From Octopus sinensis (Eukaryota): a stretch of DNA of 64,000 bases. Both the position numbers and the translations under genes were made by a program. Below, in pieces: positions 26,924 through 40,536 of this stretch. Position 1 is the first letter of the stretch. Each line of letters starts with the position of its first letter. The notes beneath the pieces are model-generated. The model searched no databases, was not told the origin of the DNA, and saw nothing but the letters and a program-made list of their open reading frames with translations. The stretch is taken from positions 22,692,001 to 22,756,000 of the forward strand of contig NC_043001.1 of assembly GCF_006345805.1 (NCBI RefSeq). The letters run 5' to 3'.

Positions 26924-27384
26924 ATTAGCCTTTTGGGCAGGACTGCCATGATAGCCTTTATATCTTGTTTCTACACAAGTGCTGTTGTTTCTGTGTCAGC
27001 AAAATATGGCACTGTTGTTACCTTTAATGTTTGCAAAAAGGGGTGATGGCTGTATTTGCCATTTTGCAACCAAAGTGACAGTGCTTCCTCTCTTCTACAT
27101 TACAAAATATTAGATTCTACACTCCTCATGGTATTTGAAGTCTTCAAATAATTCTTTGATGTTGTATTAAGTATTGTTGGAAGAGATGGAAACCATTGAA
27201 GAAGGATTTAATCAAAAAAGGGGGGAAACCCCCCCCCCCCTGAAAAAAACGATCAGTGCTGCTATTGTTTGAATGTCTATTGAATGCTTTTGTTTTTAAT
27301 TAATGATATAAGTTTTAATTAGGTTACTTCAGCCACAACAGGTTAAGGTGTAAATTCACTTTGCTTCAGATAATTTTTTTTTTT

Positions 27385-27745
27385 CTTTTACTTGTTTGTC
27401 ATTTGACTGCAACCATGCTGGGGTACCACCTTGAAGGGATTTTAGTTGAAAAAAATCGACCCTAGGACTTATTTTTTTATATCTTGTACACTTATTCTGT
27501 TGATCTCTTGCTGAACTGCTAATTTACAGGGATGTAGATGCACCAACACCGGTTGTCAAGCAATTGTAGGGGACAGACACACACACATATGATGGGCTTC
27601 TTTCAGTTTTCACCTACCAGATCCACTCACAAAACTTTAGTCAGATTGAGGGTATAGTAGCAGACACTTGCCCAAGGTACCACACTGAGGAAGTGAACCT
27701 GGAACCATGTGGTTGGAAAGCAAGCTTTTTACCACACAGCCATGT
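27385..27745 (-). mobile_element. SINE family C
   Basis: TTTTACTTGTTTGTCA..GCCCAAGGTACCAC..ACCACACAGCCATG. Confidence 0.8.
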
Positions 27746-27806
27746 CTGATAGAATATTTTTGAAACCTCGCATGATGTTGAGTTTTTTTCATATTGCAGT
27801 ATATAG

Positions 27807-27846
<40 letters not shown>

Positions 27847-28961
27847 TTACTTTTGGTGGATGCAGAATTGTTTATGTGACTGTTTCTGAGAACATGTTTT
27901 CGTAAATATTGAACAAGCAATTATGATTATTAGTTTTCTATCAAGTGTATAGTTACAGTAAAAATTAGGGTATATAGCTGATATTCTCATCATCATAATG
28001 TTCACTTTTCCATGCTTGCATATGTTTCTTTTGTGTATTAGGTGTATAGTTTCTTCAAATTGCATTTTTCATGTTGGCAATTTACTTTGAGAACATCTTT
28101 TTATTTGGTAATTCTGAAAGAAGACTGACAGTGCATTCAGATCTAGTTTACTGGTTAGGGGATTTGACTTATGGTTTGAGGCCATGAGTTCAGTTCCTGG
28201 CAGTATGTTGTATCTTGAATCAAGATGCTTTATTTCTTATTGTTCCATTCCACTCAGCTGACAAATTGTACCCGTAATTCAAGGGGTCGGGTTTATCACA
28301 TTCTCTGTCACACTGAATCTCGCTGAGAACTACATTAAGGGTATATGTGTCTGTGGAATACTCAACCACTTGCACATTAGAGAACAGGCTGTTCCATTGA
28401 TTGGGTCAAACGGAACACTCGTAGTTGACAGAGTGCCAGTCAACTTTGGGATGTAGTCTTCTCTTTTGTTTACATATGATCATAAGCAATATTATGAAGT
28501 ATTTTCAGCATTAAGTAAATGTTCTTTTCAGTTTTTGGCCAAAGTCAAAATAGAAAACTTGAAGCTTTTCCATGATTTTAATTTTCTGCAGTTTATTTTA
28601 ATTTGAGATAATCTATAATAATCTCAGCTGGTTTATTCATGTCAGTGTCCTTAATAAAATAATGTTGTAAAATATAACAATTTAAACAAATGAAGTGTTT
28701 TGCTCATGAGCTCAAGGCATCACCTGGTCCAGAAATTGAAACCACAATCTTATGATCATGAGTCAAACACTCTAACCACTAAGCTACGTCCCTCTGCAAG
28801 AACCATTGTCTTTTAGCTTCAGAAACTTCCCTGTTGTTACAAACTGTGAAATCTGCAATACTCTGTAAAACCAACTTGTTAGCTACAAAAGTTCTTTTCA
28901 TCTCAGTAAAGACTTTGACCAATTTGTATAGCCAAGAGATATTATTTTTATGTACCAAATT

Positions 28962-29177
28962 GAGTTACTGTATTTATTTTGAGATGCTCTGTGTTTCTTT
29001 CAGTTAATTTTAAATTAACAAAGAATTTAGTAAAATAACTTAGTTATCATTAAGCTGGTGTAAGGAACATAAATTGTGACTAAGGTTTAGTGGAAGATTT
29101 TAATTCAAAACTTTTGAAAACAAGACATTTGTACTACAGAGCCAGAGGCAGTTTCAGCCTGGTTGGTATTGAAAGGG
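28962..29177. mobile_element. piggyBac-type MITE (second family), left end lost
   Basis: Near-identical to 47246-47466; ends GAAAGGG-TTAA. Confidence 0.75.
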
Positions 29178-29429
29178 TTAAAGAACTAATGAAAGGTTGT
29201 GTTGAACTGCTGACAGCATTACAATGAGTTTATGTATCTGTGCAAGACACAATTTATGTTATTTTCTCTCACTGAACATGCATATTGTTTTTATTTGTAG
29301 AGGGGGTGGGCAGCATATACTCTAAATTCACCTTAATACTTTGTTATAATCCAATAGTGATGAACTTAACTGCTTAAAAGGACAAACAAACAAATTGGGC
29401 AATATTATCAACTATTTTGAATTCAAAAA

Positions 29430-29771
29430 TCAATGGAAATTGCAGTTGTGATACCAGTGCCGATGGCACGTAAAAGAACCATCCGAACGTGGCTGTTGCC
29501 AGCACCACCTCGACTGGCCTCCGTGCTGGTGGCACGTAAAAAGCACCAACCGATCATGGCTGTTGCCAGCCTTGCCTTGCACCTGTGCTGGTGGCACGTA
29601 AAAAGCACCCACTACACTCACGGAGTGGTTGGCATTAGGAAGGGCATCCAGCTGTAGAAACACTGTCAGATCAGATTGGGCCTGGTGCAGCCTCCTGGCT
29701 TCCCAGACCCGAGTTGAACTGTCCAACCCATGCTAGCATGGAGAACGGACGTTAAACAATGATGATGATGA
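29430..29771 (+). mobile_element. family E repeat
   Basis: Three GTGC..GGCACGTAAAA modules, GGAAGGGCATCCAGCTGTAG, (GAT)n tail. Confidence 0.85.
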
Positions 29772-30313
29772 TTTTATATTAGTTCATACTCTGGAAAATG
29801 CATTTATGTTTTAAGATCTGAATGTTAAAAAGGAATATACCTCATACATTTGGTTAGTGTTTAGGTCTTTATGAGTCCTAGAACTCATAAAGGCAGAGTT
29901 TAACCTGGTTTCTATGCTGTATAAAGTGACTGAGATTACAACCCTGCCCACTGAACGGGACCCCTATCTGTTGCAGTTTTAACTTCCCAATTCTTACTGG
30001 AACTCATTTGTAGCTGAGTAGATTGGAAAGAACACAATAGCTCCTTCCTTCCTGAATCATATATACTCATAGGGCCAGTTTCTTGGTTTCTTTGACTTGG
30101 TCCATTCTCCACTGGACAGAACACCAGTCCATCACAGATTACTCATTTTTGTCCACTGAGTGGATTGGAGCAATGTGAAATGAAGTGTTCTGCTCATGAG
30201 CACAAGGCATCACCTGGTCCAGGAATTGAAACCACAATCTTATGATCATGAGTCCAACACTCTAACCACTAAGCTATGCCCCTCTGCTATAGAACGTAGT
30301 GTACTGTCTAGTC

Positions 30314-33300
30314 CAGTGGTTCCCAAACTTTTTTAACTCTCGGCACACCTTACAAGTAGTCAAAATATTTCAGTGCACTTTGTACATAAATTCTAAAATT
30401 TATTCAAAAGGGTTTTTATACATATTAGCATAGCATAAGCTATAAAGTAATATATAGATAATAAAAAAAATACAGAAAAAGTGCACATACTTACTTTTTA
30501 TTCAACATTTGAAGCAAAGTTATCAACGAGAAACATGTACTTGATGTTTTTTGGAAAGGTTTCCAATATTGGGATGTATTTGAGAAAGACAAGCCCTCAG
30601 TTCCTCTTCGATGCAATGGAGCCACTCTCTTTTTTTGCATTTGATGTTATTGAGGGTTGAAAATCGCAACTCCCATAAATATGATGTGGAAAACTGCATC
30701 AAAATGGATAAAGCTTTCTTTGCTACTGAGGGGTATTCTCCAAAATATATCAACAGGGAACTCAGCATACTTGTTTTTAAGTCTGCGATCACTGGATATA
30801 GCTGTCAGTTCCTCCTCTTCACATATTTTCAGACCAATATTTAATGAAGGGATTTCGAACCCAATCGTACTCTTTTGTGTTCAGTTACAGAAAATAAATG
30901 TGTGTTTTCTTTCAGATTTGTCGAATGTTCAAATACAATAGGAGTCATTTCTTTTATGTATCTTTTATGTATTAATGGAAACATTTCGAAGTTACCACCA
31001 TCAGCTCTTTTTTTACTACTTACTTTTTAAATGAAACCAGTGTAGTGATGTCATATTCCAGTGTGCGCACATGCAATGTCATTCTTCAGTATGCATGTGT
31101 GGACGTCCTTCTTCAGTGTGCGTGTGCGGGGTTGGAACCTTCTGGAAAGGCATAAGGAAGTTCCCTCATGCACATGCACTAGAGACTGAAGAATAAATTC
31201 TATAGTGTTCCTTAATAGCGTCGGGGACTTGAGACACGGCGATAGAAGAGAAAGGACGTATTTTTAAACGTGTGTTCAGCCTATTCTCCTGTCCCAGACG
31301 CTTAGGATTTAACCTGTTCTATTAATGCTGAATTGTTGTAAGAATGGATACCAGTATACCATCGTGTTTCATTGTTGAATAAGAGAATAAAGAATTGTAT
31401 ATATTTCTAAACTTGCGTTTCGTTCCTGACTGGTAGTTTCTAGAAACAAAAAGAAAGGAAATTGTGTTGCACCCAAGTTGCACCCCAAAAGTGTAAAGAA
31501 GCAACCAGTTCCCTTTACACCATCTTATCTGTTGAAATGAGAATGTTTTCATCTCTACCTTGCATAATTGTGTTGACGCTATTAAGTTGTGCAAATACCC
31601 ATGTTAAATATTTCAGCTTGGAAACCCAAAATTCACATTGTAGATATTCCAAGAAGTGTTCATGTTTTACTTCTTTAAAAAAATGCATGCAATTCCTTCT
31701 GGAGCTCATGTATGAGATGTAGCACCTTATCTTTTGAGAGCCATCTGACTTTTGTATGTAAAAGTAAGCACTTATGCTGGGAATCCATATCAATACAAAT
31801 TTGTTCAAATAAGCAACACTTCAACGGCCTACTTTTAATATAATTAACCATTTCAACAACTTGTTTTAATACTTGCTTTAACTCAACTGGTATTGTTTTT
31901 GAAACTAGTACTTTCCTATGTAGGAAGCAATGAGTACATATAACATTAGGATTTTGCTGTTGTATGAGTGATACAAAAACCTTAAATAGAGCCCATCATG
32001 GATGGTGCCCCATTGGTACATATTCCACCGCATGAATTCCAGGATAAAATCCATTTTTCAAGGTAGGCAGATAAAATGTCAAAAATATCTTGACGTCTTG
32101 TTGTGAGTGGCATTTCTTTGCAACGAAAGAACTGATTTATGATTTGGTTACCATTAATGAAGCGAATAAATGTAAGTAATTGTGCTTTGATGCTAATGTC
32201 AGTTGATTCATTAACCTGTAGAGTAAATTCTGAGGTCTGAAGTTTGTTTTGTACATTTTCCTCTATATCAGCAGATAAATCCATAATTCTCCTATGGATT
32301 GTATTATTTGAGAGTGGAATCTTGCTTATTTTTTGCTTGGCTTCATTACCTAACATGGTTGTAACCATCTTTCTAGAAGCAGGTAAGATAATCAACTTGG
32401 CTAAAGTATGTGATTTCGTTTGTAGTGCAATCATTTTGGCGATCTTAATAGATCAACTTGAGCCTTTTCAGAAGCATTCGTCCTTTTTTTGAAATAGGTT
32501 CTTTGTTTAGATTGCTGTTCTAACAGTCTTTGGAAATAATTCAGATCTTTACACTGAAGATTTGAGTGTTTGGTTGTAAAATGTTTTTTTCAACTTGCTG
32601 GGCAACATGCCTTTGTTAGACATCTTTTCACCACAAACAACACACAGCGGAAGAGGTTGACCCTCGTTGTCAGTTCAGTGAAACCCAAACTTTAAATAGC
32701 TATTGCAATATTTATGATTGGGTTGAGCTTTCGCATTATCATCACTACACTTAGTTGCTTTTGATGAATGTTCACTTTCAGATTCATAATCGTCGCGGTT
32801 ATGTTTCCTCTTAATAAACTTTTCCATTTTACGAGTAATTTAGTCTGTTAATATGAATTGTCTCGCACAAAGAGCACAGATTATTAACAGTCAAACTGAG
32901 ACAGGTAACCAGTGAGCCGGGAAAAGTGGCAGCGTGTCACATATTATCGGACTCTTTTGTGAAGCCTTTCAAAATTAACAAGATGAAAATTTTCACCACT
33001 CTATGAATGAAAAAAAATTGAAATACAGCTGCAATACGTGAGAACATATTAAAAGATTTAGTTCAACATTGTATATTTTAGTTCAATAGTTTATTTTTCA
33101 CATTTATTATTGAAATGAAAACTGCTGAGGCTACAACTAAAACAGTCGTGCACTGAATGTCCATAAGACATCAATTTCGAGGATAGATTTATGCTAATTT
33201 AGTTCTTATCCTTATGAAATTTCAGATTCAAAATTGAGTAACAGTCATACCATAATTAGCCTAAATGAATTGAATGACACAACCACCTCTCATTCTTTGT

Positions 33301-33454
33301 TTAGAACTTAGTATTAGATTTCTTTGCCACTTTGACATTTATATATAAACTTTCTAGTGAACTTCAGTTTGTATTTTTCATACTTTGAAATATAATCTTA
33401 CATTCTTGAGGCACACCTAATTACATCTTGTGGTGCATGGCTTGGGAACCACTG
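30314..33454 (-). mobile_element. hAT (Charlie/Buster, SCAND3/ZBED5-like) transposon, full-length but decayed
   Basis: TIR CAGTGGTTCCCAA / TTGGGAACCACTG; 8-bp TSD GTCTAGTC / GTCTAATC; transposase fragments (ATG ~32827, PLCVVC zinc finger, IPLSNNTIHRRI, LQVNESTD, ICTNGAPSM, FSTSYLWELRFS dimerisation domain). Confidence 0.93.
31041..31519. mobile_element. probable solo LTR inserted in the hAT transposase
   Basis: TGTA...TACA termini; flanks CCAG/CCAT; interrupts the transposase between ..ISTDKM and TGF..; internal AATAAA. Confidence 0.65.
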
Positions 33455-33543
33455 GTCTAATCTAAGAATCAAAATCATGATTTTATAATCACGAGTGCAA
33501 TACCCTGATTACTAGACTGTTCACCTTCATATCTATTTGATTA

Positions 33544-34023
33544 CCATAAATCCTCGTGTATAATTCGCATTTTTTCCCAAAAATTTAAAGGTCAAAATCC
33601 TTAGTGCGTACTATATATGAGGTTAAAAATGAAAAATATTTTCGAAGCAATGTCTGAGTCTCTATTTGCTCTCTGGCAATGTTTATTTAGACACATTTTG
33701 TGATGTCAGGCGCGAAAATACATTAAATCATCCATAACTTGCAGTTAGCAACATTTATTAAACGTTATTACTGTTATTTCTTTATTTTCTCTAAACAAAA
33801 TGCTCAAAAAAGCTACACATTTGCATTATGTTATATGTACAATAATGATAAAGGACGTTACTGTATACAGTTTTACAAACCAAGGATGTTATATAGACCT
33901 CCTTGACTCAAGTTAGAGAAGGGCTGCGTATTATACACAAGGTTTAGGATTTTCAGAGGTACAGCCCCCTAAAACTCCCCTGCGTATTATACTCAAGGGT
34001 GGACTATACTTGTGGATTTACGG
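33544..34023. mobile_element. pogo/Tigger-type MITE
   Basis: TA-CCATAAATCCTCGTGTATA ... TATACTTGTGGATTTACGG-TA; subterminal GCGTA(C/T)TATA..AGG repeats. Confidence 0.8.
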
Positions 34024-35361
34024 TAGTTGTCAAAAAGGGAATCTATTATTTCCTCAATTATTGAATTATTTTCCTATGTGGTGTAATACTGTATACTATG
34101 CTATTTGTTAGAACATGTTTTGTTAGTCCCTCCCTCTTGCTTTTTCACCATGTATATACTGAATAAGAGGAAAAACCTAAATGAAAATTCTAAAAACTAA
34201 GATATTAAACAGTTTTTATATGTCAATTTCAGTCCTACCAAATATGTAACTTCAGATTAGATTGGATTTTATATTAATCTAGTAATAATTTTTGCATTTT
34301 CTAAAGTAATTTATTCAAAACTTTTGATTGCCATGATTATCTAGCAAATGATATAATAATCTCTTTCTTTCCCTCTTTTTTTTTGTATGTATATTCTATT
34401 GTTAGCTACTTGGAAGCGTTGTGATATATCATTCTAAAAAGCTATAATAGAATTCTTTGCTTTAAACCTTTTGTTACTATATTTCTGTTGAAATACACAT
34501 ACTTTTGTTTCAATTGATTTTTTAAATAATAAAGAATTTAATAGAATAACTTTGTTATTATTTAGTTGGTGTTTGGAACAGAAATTAACATGAAATTTTG
34601 TTAGGTTTTAAAGGAAGCTTTTATTATAGAACCAGTGGCAGTCGCAGATTTGATGTTGAAAAGGTTAAAGAATCTTCAATTTAGAAACCCTTTCACTTTA
34701 TTTTGGTAAATGGTGTATATGATAAACAATTCTGTATCAATACTAAAGCATTGGCATGTTAATTCTTCTAAGTTTAAAGCAAAGATGAAATATGTTGTAT
34801 GAATGAGATGATGGAAATGGAACTTTGTTGGGTTTCATCCCAAACTGGAGACTTACTTTTAGTGGATATGAATTCAATTCAACCTAAATAGGTTTCATAA
34901 ATTTGAACTTAATACCTGTTTATGAAAAAGCATGAATGAACAGAAAAAGTGACTGGCCATCAGAAGTATCAGCCGATGTGGGGATTGACTACCTTAGTTT
35001 TGGGTATGTGATGCAAATGGAGACTGTAAGTTAGGGAATTCAAATATAGATTCAAATTAAGGATGTTGGGAAGAGGCAATCAGGACAGGCCTTACAGCAT
35101 AAAGATCAACCTCAAGATGTATAGGTTTGTTGTATTGCAAATGTGTCTTATTCTTGCCAATGTAGGAAAGTGTAAAAGTGCTGCTGTCAGCCACCTGATT
35201 TTGATTTCAGTCCAACTGTATAGCACCCTGGGCAAGTGTCTTCAACTATGGCCCCAGGTTGACCAAAGGCTTCTCAGTGGATTTTGTAGACAGAAACTGG
35301 AAGAAACCTGTGTGTATATATATATCTATGTGTTTATGTGTACCTTTGTCTTGATGTTTGT

Positions 35362-35660
35362 GAAGGCGTGTGGCTCAGTGGTTAGTGTGTTGAGCTTATG
35401 ATTGTAAGGTTGTTAGTTCGATTCCTGGACCAGGCTGCGTGTTGTGTTCACGTTGCTCCAGTTCACTCAGCTGTAGAAATGAGTTGTGACGTCACTGGTG
35501 CCAAGCTGTATTGGCCTTTGCCTTTCCCTTGGATAACACTGGTAGCGTGGAGAGGGGAGGTCGGTATGCATGGGCGACTGCTGGTCTTCCATAAACAACC
35601 TTGCCCGGACTTGTGTCTCAGAAGGTAACTATCTAGGTGCAATCCCATTGTTATTCATGG
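35362..35660 (+). mobile_element. tRNA-derived SINE (family D)
   Basis: GGCGTGTGGCTCAGTGGTTAG..GTTCGATTCCTGGACC. Confidence 0.75.
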
Positions 35661-36058
35661 CTTAAGTGTATGTGTGGTGGGGCTCATGCTGTCTAATGTC
35701 ATATAAAGATTGTAATTGAGCATCACCAACATATAAGTTGTGTTGTTTGTTTCCAGTCTTCTGCATGAAAAAAAACATGCCTGGCCATGAGAAAATATTA
35801 CCTTGCTTGGAAACAGGTGAGGGTTGGTGATAGGAAAGGCATTCAGCCATAGAAAATCTGCTTCAGTAAATTCTATCTGACCCATGCAAGCATGGAAAAG
35901 TGGATGTTAAATGATGACGATGATTTATCATATCAAGAGAACAACAAAAATTTGTCATGTGTAAATGATTATGTATTTAAAGTTGAGTTTTGTTTGGGTG
36001 TAAATAAAGCTGTCTTTTTCTTTGTTAATTTGATTTTCTTTTTCTTTTCTCATTTTAG

Positions 36059-36265
36059 GTTGGACATTATACTGTTGTTTTGAAAGCTCCTGGTCGGAAC
36101 AAGCATTTCCGTGTCCAAGTAAACGATGGAGTATATCAGATTGGACAGCAGACTTTCTCATCACTTGATGATATGATAGAACATTATAAGAAACACCCTA
36201 TATATAAACAAGATTCTGAAAAATTATATCTTGTGAAAGCATTTATGTATCCATTAGATTTCTAA
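36059..36265 (+). CDS. NCK: NCK coding exon 2: C-terminal part of SH2 and stop codon
   Basis: Long polypyrimidine tract plus TTTTAG ending 36058; phase 0 [47 protein letters not shown]; joins exon 1 to give 389 aa. Confidence 0.97.
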   Translation, partial: VGHYTVVLKAPGRNKHFRVQVNDGVYQIGQQTFSSLDDMIEHYKKHPIYKQDSEKLYLVKAFMYPLDF

Positions 36266-39200
36266 ATCATTGGCTTCTCATCGTTTTCTATCTTCTCTCT
36301 CTTCTCTTGCTACAAAGGACACCTCTTGTTGGAAAGAATTTGATGGAAATGATTTCTGAATTTTCATTAGCCTTCACCCTCTTTCAAGCTTTATTCATCT
36401 ATCTTGAGAATATTGCTTCAAATACTCCCACTGCTGTCATGTTTACTATTATCCTTCTTGTCTACGATTAACAAAGAGAAAACTATTTAAAAAAAGAATC
36501 CTGAACAAAAAGCCTGTAAAAAAAACAAAAAGAGCCTGAAAAGTTTTTATGCAAAAGAAATCATTTTATTAATTCGTAATAGTAAAAGTGTATAATAGAA
36601 CAAAATGTTTTCTTGTTTATCTCCTGGAAAGTATCCATTTCTGCAGTGATTTACAAGTTGTCTACTGTCACCAAAGCTGCTGTACCAACCTTTCTCTTTT
36701 TATGCGGTGTTCTTTGTATTTCCTTCTATCACATTTCCATTCACTGCTCCCACCTATGTTGCAGGGACTTAGGGGAAGGAATATGTTTAGTACCTCATTC
36801 TTCATGGATGGACTAATACAAATATATAAGGATATCATGCAGTTATCACTTCAAGCTAAAAATTATATTCTTTATTCATTATTATTATTATTATTTTTAT
36901 TATATATGACATAACAATCTGAAATTAAATTATAAGTTGGTTTATGTAAATTTATATAATTAGAAAACAATATAACAATATAATAAAGTGTTAAAATCTG
37001 AATGTTAAGTTAGCAAACAATTATATAAAAAAGATAATGCAAATGAAGCTAAAATGATAATTTTATAATTTAAGGTTTATTATTTTAGTTATCAAATAGT
37101 TATCATATATTTTCCTTCCCCTATTAAACTGTTTGAAAACTGCAAGTATACTTAAAACAATTTTTCTGTTTATAAGTTTGTAAAAATACTTTTTTTTTTC
37201 TTTTGTTATTATTTTTTATATACTTTTCTGAAAACCAAAATGCATTTTGGGTGATAAAAAAAGTTTCTTTAAAAACCTAGCTTCTTCTTTTCTTTCTCAA
37301 GACACTTGGCTATCTTTATAAGAGATGATTTTGCAAGAAATTGTAAATAATATGGATATGTATTTGCTGAGAATGTTCTTCTGTACATTGGGCAACGTAT
37401 TATTGATGTGTATCATACTTAACATCTTCCTACATTTGAAATTTACCATTGACATCAATCAAAGCTTTCTATAATGAATTAATACACCTCATTTAAATTC
37501 AAATTAAAAAAAAAGAAAATTGTGTATCAAACTATTTTGTAATTTTTTTTTTCAAACTTAGTTAATAACTCAATATAATTAATAGTTTATTTCTGAGTTG
37601 AAAATAAAACAAATTCTGGCATAACATGAATATTAGGCTTTCCTTTTGGCATTGATTTTTTTTTATCAGAATTGCTGATACAGGTGAACTCAGCTGTTGT
37701 TGATTTTTTATACTGTTTCTCTATGTTATTTGGGAATAACTTAATTTCAATATATTTTTTTCAAGTTTTATATTTACTACCTATGTTATGTTTTGTGGAA
37801 ATTATGTTCCGTTCCTCTATACATGGATTATGGTTGTTTGCTATTGGAAAATATCACTCCCTGTCAGTTTATGTACATCTGGGTTATTAACAATTCAGAT
37901 TTGATTGTTTTTATTGTCCAGTTTCTAATAGAATTTGTTTCATTTTGCTGTCAAAAAAAATCCTTAGTGTTTTGTTGGCATTTCAGAGGTTAATGTCTTT
38001 AGTGAGACAGTTGTTTTCATCTCAGGAAGCTTAGTCAAATTCATTATGTAAAATGTATGTACAGTCATGCAGACTATGCACATAAGCTGATACGAAAATG
38101 TGTGTTTATAAGTGTGTCTTTATATGTATAATATAATGCCTGTGTGTGTATAGATTCTTGTGTTACATATATATATATATATATATATATATGGTACATT
38201 TATCTAAGTGTGCGTGTGTGTGTGTGTATGTATTTATATCCTTATCCTTTCTAACCCTTTAGCATTCAGATTACACTGTCAAAAGTAATGCTTATTTATT
38301 CAATGTTTTGAATTAATCATGCATTATCTCGTAGCTTCAAAATTTTGATGATGTGATTGTTTATTTTTATAACGACATTGTAGGGTTGGTGCGAGAGGCC
38401 AGATCTGGCTGGTTTGAACATAAAACAGGCTGCAAAATTTGGCTGGGTATGGCTGGTTTAAATGCCAAAGGGTTAAACGCACTCTTCCATGCTGGCATGG
38501 TTTGAGTTGGTTGTCATAGACTGTCATGTTCTCCTTCAGAGTTACTACCCTCCTAGATGGGTCAGGGACCACATCATGCTTGTATGTTCCCTTTTGACAG
38601 GTTTCCTATGGCTGGATGCCCTTCCTAATACCATGCACTTCTCTGTGTACCTGCACTTTATATACATACACATATGTAAAGTTCCTGTATCTATGAATGT
38701 ATATACATAAGTGTGTGTGTATGTATGTATATATACATATATATATATTTATATATATATATATTTATATAAAAGGTACATAAAATATTCCAGCTGCAAG
38801 CACTTGTAAGAAAATGTTTTCTCATGGTGTGTGTGGTTGTGTGTCTGTGTAGAGGGGACTTATCGATATTATTTTTTATTTTTAGTTGGATTCCTTTTTA
38901 TGGCTGGTTAACCAGTATCTATCTTTAAAGGCTTTGGCAGATCAACTGTCTATAGATTAGATGTCTGCTTTGGCTAAAACAAGCTTAAAATGCATCTTAT
39001 AACATAACTAAAAACAACATTGTGATATAGAGTCCACCAGGAAAAAAGCAAACCCAGTTGCCCAAAGAGCATTTGACAGAAATAATAAAAGCCACATTGA
39101 TCGAGATAAATCTCTCAGATGGTGAAGCACAATATATGATACAAGATGAGAATAAATGGCAATCATTATTCAAGGCCTTATGTCCCACTGGTATTAAATT

Positions 39201-39500
39201 TGATTAAATATATAAAAAAATATGTCTAAGGTATACTGTTAAAAATTGGAGTCATTACTCCTATATTTGTCTTTGCATATACTGTTATAGTTTTGGTTTG
39301 TTCTTTCTGTTTGTCTTTTGATGTACAGTTATGGTTCTGGTTGTATTTTTTTTTCATCCCTCCCCTGTTAGTGTTTATGGCATCAGAAATAATTATGTGA
39401 GCTTGGAATAACGTTGCTGCTGATTCATGAATGTTTACCACAATCAGTTCTTAGGAAGTTGGCTTGCAATCTTTTTCAATATTGTTAATAAAGGCATTTG
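36266..39500 (+). other. probable long NCK 3' UTR (end uncertain)
   Basis: TE-poor, AU-rich sequence after the stop; AATAAA at 36982, ~37603 and 39487. Confidence 0.4.
38255..38472. mobile_element. piggyBac-type MITE
   Basis: (C)TAA-CCCTTT..AGC ... GCCAAAGGG-TTAA; reverse orientation of the 24563 family. Confidence 0.75.
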
Positions 39501-40536
39501 AATTTTAGATGGCAGAAAGCAAATTCTATTTCAGTTTGTGAGCTTTAATCTTGCTGATTTGTTTAGTATATATATATATATATATTATTGAGATAGATCT
39601 AATATTTAATTATCTTACAGATTAAATAATTCAGGTGTTAGCTGTATTAGCATAAGGTTTATTTACCTCAAATTAAAAAAAAAAAATTATGCATTTTCTC
39701 TAATTCAAAGTAAATTTTAAAGCACATCTTCAAGAAAAAAGACAAAACCAAAACTGCATCTGCTTGTGATAGTGTGTGTATAATATATATATATATATAT
39801 ATGTATGTATATATATATTATATATATGCACACATGTATGTGTGTTTGTATGTATATATATATGTGTACATACATGTGTGTGTGTATGTAAATATGGTTC
39901 CCTTTCCTAAAAGTGTCTTTTATAATGATCTGTAGCTTTAAATTTTTATAATTTTTTAATCCTGAAACAAAATGTTTTAAAAAAAAATATGTAGTTATTT
40001 TATGTTATCTTTCTTTACCAATAGATTTCCAGTAAAAAAAATGTTTTGAGTTGTATGATATTTCAAACTAGATAAAGAATTTTACCTTTTAAATCTATTT
40101 ATAAAAGAAAATATTAATTTCTGAATTTTGTTTCCAGAAACAATTCATCATTGCTGTTATTTTAGGTTGATGGTGCTCCCTTAGTGTTGATGGGGATTAC
40201 CAAGTGCCTTGATATTTGTCTTTCTTATTGTCTTATTCTTTTACATCTATTAAAAGACTCATTTCGGAAATTTGAGCCGTTTTTCCTCTATGAATTGCTT
40301 TTCAAATACAAATGAATATTTATTGATATATTTTATATGCAAAAGTATCATCATCACCACCACCATCATCATTGTCATCATCATCATTGCTCTGTGAAGA
40401 ACAACCTGTTTATTTATTTCAATACACTCCATTTTTCAGAGAAGCCAATGTTTCAGCATCTAACCATAACAAATTTGAGCGGAGTCAGTATTGATTTACT
40501 TAATGCAGTGGGCCCTCATCGAAAAATTTAATTGTA

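Noticed and set aside
31982-32434. SCAND3/ZBED5-like ORF as a domesticated host gene
   Set aside because: Multiple stops and frameshifts, an LTR insertion, and retained TIRs/TSD indicate a dead transposon
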